Positions 7,535 to 11,064 of a stretch of DNA of 11,064 bases are shown here, one piece after another. The stretch's first letter is position 1. Every line of letters begins with the position of its first letter. The notes beneath the pieces were generated by a model, which made no database searches, was not told where the DNA came from, and worked only from the letters and a program-made list of their open reading frames with translations. Both the position numbers and the translations under genes were made by a program. Source of the stretch: Gemmatimonadota bacterium (GTDB taxonomy: Bacteria; Gemmatimonadota; Gemmatimonadetes; Palauibacterales; KS3-K002); contig CP070815.1 of assembly GCA_020344215.1 (NCBI GenBank), positions 2,213,475 through 2,224,538 on the forward strand. The letters are read 5' to 3'.

Positions 7535-7564
7535 ACCGTTCAGCCGCGACTGTGGTCCGTTCGC
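7535..7564 (+). promoter_or_regulatory. Putative LytTR/AlgR-type operator: two 9-bp direct-repeat boxes with a 12-bp spacer, upstream of the DUF5916 gene
   Basis: Boxes are ACCGTTCAG (7535-7543, 9/9 to [TA][AC][CA]GTTN[AG][TG]) and TCCGTTCGC (7556-7564, 8/9), separated by exactly 12 nt. The decamer CCGTTCAGCC (7536-7545) is identical to 3909-3918. TTGGACCGTTCAG (7531-7543) matches 3925-3937 at 12 of 13 positions. The proximal box shares GTTCGCG with 3953-3959. Confidence 0.45.
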
Positions 7565-7701
7565 GCGAAGAATCTTCCTAATGGTTCCCACCTTCAGCAA
7601 TCGTGTAGAGCGGACCCCACAAGACCCGGATGAGGAGAACATCAATGTGCTGTGAAAGTGGAAGCAGAACCGATAGGATTCTGGGGGGCTCTGCCTCCAA
7701 C

Positions 7702-10374
7702 ATGGCGCGCAGTCATCGGTCCCGTGCCATCCTCTCCGGCTGGCTCGTAGCCGTCTTGCTTCTGGGAATCCCGCTCAGCCAGTCCGCCGCTCAGCAGACC
7801 GGCCCGGACTCCTGTGACAACGATGCGACGGACCCCGCCTGCCGTCCCGCGGTAGCCTTGGCCGTTCGAGCGACGGAGCCGCCACATGTGGACGGGAGGT
7901 TGGAGGACGTCGCCTGGGGCCCGGCTCCGCTGCACTCGAGCTTCGTCCAGCGCGACCCCGATCAGGGGCGGCCCCCCACGGAGCGCACCGAGTTCCGCGT
8001 CGTCTACTCGGACGAGGCGCTATACGTCGGGGTCCGCGCCTGGGACTCCCGACCGGGCGAGATCTCGGCCCAGCTCACGCGGCGCGATGAGTACTCGCCG
8101 TCGGACCGGATCGTGATCGCGATCGACTCCTATCGGGACCGCCGCACGGCATTCGTGTTCGCCGTAAACCCCGCCGGGGTGAAGCAGGACTGGTACTCTT
8201 TCGACGACGCCGACGAGGATGACACGTGGAATGCGGTTTGGGACGTGGAGTGCACCATCGATTCACTCGGGTGGATAGCGGAGTTTCGCATCCCGTTCAG
8301 CCAGCTGCGGTTCACCACGGCCGAGGAGCAGGTGTTCGGCTTCCAGGTAGTGCGCAACCTCAACCGGTTGAATGAGGAGACTCACTGGCAGCTGATGCGG
8401 CGTGAGGAACCAGGCGTCGTCTCGCTGTTCGGTGATCTCGAGGGCATTCGGGGGATCGCGCCGCCACGGCGAGCCGAGTTCATGCCCTACCTGTCTGCTA
8501 CCGGCCTCTGGAACGAGAAGATTGCAGGCGACCCGTTCAACACTGGTCGCGACCGCGACCTCCGCGCCGGATTGGACCTCAACGTGGGGGTGACCTCCAA
8601 CATCTCGTTTTCGGCAACGGTAAATCCCGACTTCGGGCAGGTGGAGGCCGATCCGGCGGTCGTGAACCTTACCGCGTTCGAAACCTTCTTCCCGGAAAAG
8701 CGACCGTTCTTCAGCGAGGGTCTGGACATGTTCCTGTTCAGACTTATGGACATGGAGCAGCTATTCTACACGCGGCGCATCGGGCGCGCGCCGCAGGGTG
8801 TGCCGGACCCGCGCGGCGGCTTCGCTCAGAACCCCACCGAAACCACCATCTACACGGCGGCCAAGCTATCGGGGAAGACAGCCGGTGGCTGGACAGTGGG
8901 CCTGCTCGACGCACTGACTGCTGAGGAGAGGGCGCAGGTCGTAGACTCAGCCGGCAACACCTACGGGGACCCGGTCGAACCCCTGACCAACTACTTCGCG
9001 GGCCGGCTCGCCAAGGATTTCCGCCAGGGCCTCACGCGGGTGGGAGCGTTCGCTACGGCGGTCAACCGTCGGCTGCCGGCAAACCTGGAGTGGCTCAGGA
9101 CCTCTGCCTACAGCCTGGGATTGGATTTCAGCCACCGCTGGAGCAACGACGCCTGGGGCGTGTCAGCGACGCTGGTGGGGAGCCACGTGCGGGGCTCGCA
9201 GGAGGCGATCGACCTCACGCAAAAGGCGTCGGCGCGTTACTACCAGCGACCTGACAACGATCATGTAGACTACGATCCAACCCGCACCTCGCTCTCGGGC
9301 GTTGCAGGAGATTTCATCATCGAGAAGCGGACGGGCAGTTGGCGTGGCGCTATAGGATTCGATACCCGTTCCCCGGGCTTCGAGGTGAACGACGCGGGCT
9401 TTATGCGCCGATCCGATCGCATAGGGCAGGCCCTCTGGATCCAGCGGCGCTGGCTCGATCCGGGCAAGCTGTTTCGCCGCGCGGCGGTTAACTTCGAGCA
9501 GCACTCGGTCTTCACTTACGGCTGGGAGCGCACCGGCCTGGACGCTAGCGCGAGGGCCAGCCTCGACTTCCTCAACTACTGGCATGCGTATCTCGGCGTC
9601 GAGTGGAACGCCGAGAACCTCGACCCGGGATCGCTTCGCGGCGGCCCCGCCTTCCTGCGTCCCCCCACTTTGTCCAGCTGGTGCGGCTTCTCCACCGACA
9701 GCCGCAAGTCGCTGAGGGCCGCGATCGAAGGCGCTGTGCTTCGCCAGCCGGAAACCAGAAGCTGGGCGTACGAGGTAAGCATTCGGCTGAGCTGGCGCGC
9801 TGCCTCCAACCTGGACCTCACGCTCGCGCCGCGGCTGTTACGCAACTACGACAGCTGGCAGTACCTGCAGACCAGCACGGTTGCGGACTCGTCGCACTAC
9901 ATCTTCGGTGAGCTCAACCTGACCACGGCGTCGATGACGATCCGGGCCAACATCACGTTCACGCCCAATATGTCGCTGCAGCTGTACGCGGAGCCGTTCA
10001 TCTCGACCGGCGAGTATCTAGGGCTGCGTGATGTGCTCGACCCGAAGGCGCCGAGGTTCGACGGCCGATTCCGCAACTTCAGCGATGACGACCTGATCGT
10101 CATCGACGAGGAGATCTGGATCGACGTGGACGGTGACGGGGCGGGTGACATCAACATCGTACAGCCGAACTTTAGGGCGATCTCCTTCAGGTCGAACGTG
10201 GTGCTCAGATGGGAGTACATTCTGGGCTCCACGCTCTTCCTAGTCTGGCAGCACGGGCGCTCGGACGTGAACGACAACTCGCAGTTTCAGCTGTGGGACG
10301 GCATCCAGGGGATGTTCCGCCTGCCCGCGGAGAACCTGTTCGTGCTCAAGGTCAACTACTGGCTCAGCCTGTAG
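7702..10374 (+). CDS. Secreted CBM9-like / DUF5916 domain protein, probably outer-membrane associated
   Basis: Signal peptide 'MARSHRSRAILSGWLVAVLLLGIPLSQSAAQQ'. The N-terminal region 'VDGRLEDVAWGPAPLHSSFVQRDPDQGRPPTERTEFRVVYSDEALYVGVRAWD...LTRRDEYSPSDRIVIAIDSYRDRRTAFVFAVNPAGVKQD' matches the CBM9-like module that precedes DUF5916 as I recall it. The long C-terminal part has an alternating beta-strand character and ends 'LFVLKVNYWLSL'. The ORF is open from ATG 7630. ATG 7645 has a good GAGGAG 6 nt upstream, while ATG 7702 gives a canonical signal peptide, so the start is uncertain. Stop TAG at 10372-10374. Confidence 0.75.
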   Translation: MARSHRSRAILSGWLVAVLLLGIPLSQSAAQQTGPDSCDNDATDPACRPAVALAVRATEPPHVDGRLEDVAWGPAPLHSSFVQRDPDQGRPPTERTEFRVVYSDEALYVGVRAWDSRPGEISAQLTRRDEYSPSDRIVIAIDSYRDRRTAFVFAVNPAGVKQDWYSFDDADEDDTWNAVWDVECTIDSLGWIAEFRIPFSQLRFTTAEEQVFGFQVVRNLNRLNEETHWQLMRREEPGVVSLFGDLEGIRGIAPPRRAEFMPYLSATGLWNEKIAGDPFNTGRDRDLRAGLDLNVGVTSNISFSATVNPDFGQVEADPAVVNLTAFETFFPEKRPFFSEGLDMFLFRLMDMEQLFYTRRIGRAPQGVPDPRGGFAQNPTETTIYTAAKLSGKTAGGWTVGLLDALTAEERAQVVDSAGNTYGDPVEPLTNYFAGRLAKDFRQGLTRVGAFATAVNRRLPANLEWLRTSAYSLGLDFSHRWSNDAWGVSATLVGSHVRGSQEAIDLTQKASARYYQRPDNDHVDYDPTRTSLSGVAGDFIIEKRTGSWRGAIGFDTRSPGFEVNDAGFMRRSDRIGQALWIQRRWLDPGKLFRRAAVNFEQHSVFTYGWERTGLDASARASLDFLNYWHAYLGVEWNAENLDPGSLRGGPAFLRPPTLSSWCGFSTDSRKSLRAAIEGAVLRQPETRSWAYEVSIRLSWRAASNLDLTLAPRLLRNYDSWQYLQTSTVADSSHYIFGELNLTTASMTIRANITFTPNMSLQLYAEPFISTGEYLGLRDVLDPKAPRFDGRFRNFSDDDLIVIDEEIWIDVDGDGAGDINIVQPNFRAISFRSNVVLRWEYILGSTLFLVWQHGRSDVNDNSQFQLWDGIQGMFRLPAENLFVLKVNYWLSL

Positions 10375-10438
10375 CAGCGTTGTTTAAGCTCGATCCTCTA
10401 TATCGTCGAAACCAGCGCGAATCCCGTAGTCCCGACTC

Positions 10439-10475
10439 CGAAACCCCTCGTAGGATAAGGGGTTTCGTCGTTTCT
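10439..10475 (+). terminator. Probable intrinsic terminator of the DUF5916 gene
   Basis: Perfect 10-bp stem cgaaacccct (10439-10448) / aggggtttcg (10458-10467) with a 9-nt loop, followed by a moderately T-rich tail tcgtttct (10468-10475). It lies 65 nt after the stop codon. The U-tract is weak. Confidence 0.5.
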
Positions 10476-10709
10476 GCTCGACTTCCTGGAACCCGTGAGT
10501 GACCCGACTCGTTCGTAGATGAGGTCGACGGCTGCGCGACCGCCCTGGTGAACTTCGGGTAAATGGCCAACGCCGTGTGGACGACGAGCGAGGTCGTCCG
10601 GACGTTGCTCGCGTCGTGACTAGAAGGTACGGTCCCCCCGCGTGCACGGCCCGGCCTGCATTTCTCGCGCCCGAGGAACGGGTCAAGACCGGCAACGGAA
10701 CGCCACGAG

Positions 10710-10733
10710 TAGACGACACAACAGACGACACAA
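10710..10733 (+). repeat. Perfect 12-bp tandem duplication AGACGACACAAC x2 directly abutting the Shine-Dalgarno sequence
   Basis: Read directly: agacgacacaac (10710-10721) and agacgacacaac (10722-10733), followed immediately by aggagg. Confidence 0.9.
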
Positions 10734-10739
10734 CAGGAG
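10734..10739 (+). promoter_or_regulatory. Shine-Dalgarno sequence (AGGAGG) of the isochorismatase-family gene
   Basis: Canonical AGGAGG with a 6-nt spacer to ATG 10746. Confidence 0.75.
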
Positions 10740-10745
10740 GAGCGA

Positions 10746-11064
10746 ATGGCTACGCAGGAGACGTACAACGACATTCTGCCGAACCCGGGGTTCGATGTCG
10801 AGCGGGGAAGAACCGCCGTCGTGATTACGGACCCACAGAAAGATTTCCTCTCGGAGGACGGTGTGGTGTGGGGTGTGGTCGGGCGGAGCGTCGAGGCGAA
10901 CAACACCGTGGAGAATCTGCGGAAGCTTCTGACAGCCGCGCACGAGGCCAAGATCCCCGTCTTCATCTCGCCCCACTATTACTACCCCCACGACCACCAG
11001 TGGGATTTCGGCGGAGCGTTGGAGAAGATGATGCACGCGGTCGGGATGTTCGACCGACAGGGCG
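10746..11064 (+). CDS. Isochorismatase-family cysteine hydrolase, 3'-truncated by the window edge
   Basis: Not in the supplied ORF track because there is no stop in the window. My own translation from ATG 10746 runs 106 codons without a stop: MATQETYNDILPNPGFDVERGRTAVVITDPQKDFLSEDGVVWGVVGRSVEANNTVENLRKLLTAAHEAKIPVFISPHYYYPHDHQWDFGGALEKMMHAVGMFDRQG. 'TAVVITDPQKDFLSEDG' is the typical isochorismatase-like (PF00857) N-terminal strand with the catalytic Asp. Strong SD and high third-position GC. Confidence 0.75.
   Translation, partial: MATQETYNDILPNPGFDVERGRTAVVITDPQKDFLSEDGVVWGVVGRSVEANNTVENLRKLLTAAHEAKIPVFISPHYYYPHDHQWDFGGALEKMMHAVGMFDRQG

Noticed and set aside
8293-8302. Third copy of the decamer CCGTTCAGCC, inside the DUF5916 CDS. 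Other CCGTTC hexamers occur in the same CDS at about 8533, 8703, 9365 and 9983.
   Set aside because: It is in frame as Pro-Phe-Ser codons (RIPFSQL). No partner box lies at a 21-bp offset; the nearest GTTC cores are 15 and 38 bp away. The CCGTTC hexamer occurs at roughly the frequency expected from Pro-Phe codons. An internal binding site cannot be fully excluded.
10364-11036. 200-aa and 117-aa minus-strand ORFs at the right end.
   Set aside because: They are antisense shadows of the isochorismatase-family CDS and the leader. The + frame has an SD and family motifs.
1-11064. Search for CRISPR arrays, IS/transposase or integrase genes, long terminal or inverted repeats, toxin-antitoxin pairs, and defence-system hallmarks (nucleases, helicases, STAND/AAA ATPases, reverse transcriptases).
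   Set aside because: None seen. The only repeats are the short regulatory-scale ones reported above and the internal repeats expected from the ANK and duplicated-FtsX coding sequences.

Overview
High-GC bacterial chromosomal window. The gene content (ADOP-type orphan permease, DUF5916 protein) suggests a Gemmatimonadota/Acidobacteriota-like genome, but that is inference only. Gene order: (1) a 5'-truncated HAD-IA hydrolase (+). (2) A small ankyrin-repeat protein (-), convergent with it and 26 nt downstream of (3) a duplicated-FtsX MacB-like 'ADOP' permease (-) with no ATPase partner in view. (4) A ~0.5-0.6 kb non-coding divergent region. (5) A co-directional block on the + strand: a GT-C/PMT_2-like polytopic membrane protein, a LytS/YehU-type histidine kinase and a LytTR response regulator (ATGA-overlapped), then a 0.2-0.3 kb gap and a ~890-910 aa secreted CBM9-like/DUF5916 protein. 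(6) A hairpin terminator, a 0.37 kb leader, and a 3'-truncated isochorismatase-family hydrolase that is absent from the supplied ORF track. I see no rRNA/tRNA, CRISPR array, transposase/integrase, or recognisable defence or toxin genes. Main signal: two intergenic regions carry nearly the same set of 9-bp AlgR/AgrA-type (LytTR) boxes with exact 12-bp spacers (21-bp period). One lies upstream of the GT-C/kinase/regulator genes and one upstream of the DUF5916 gene. This suggests a compact, autoregulated, LytTR-controlled envelope module, which is a hypothesis and not an established system. Everything else looks like ordinary chromosomal content.
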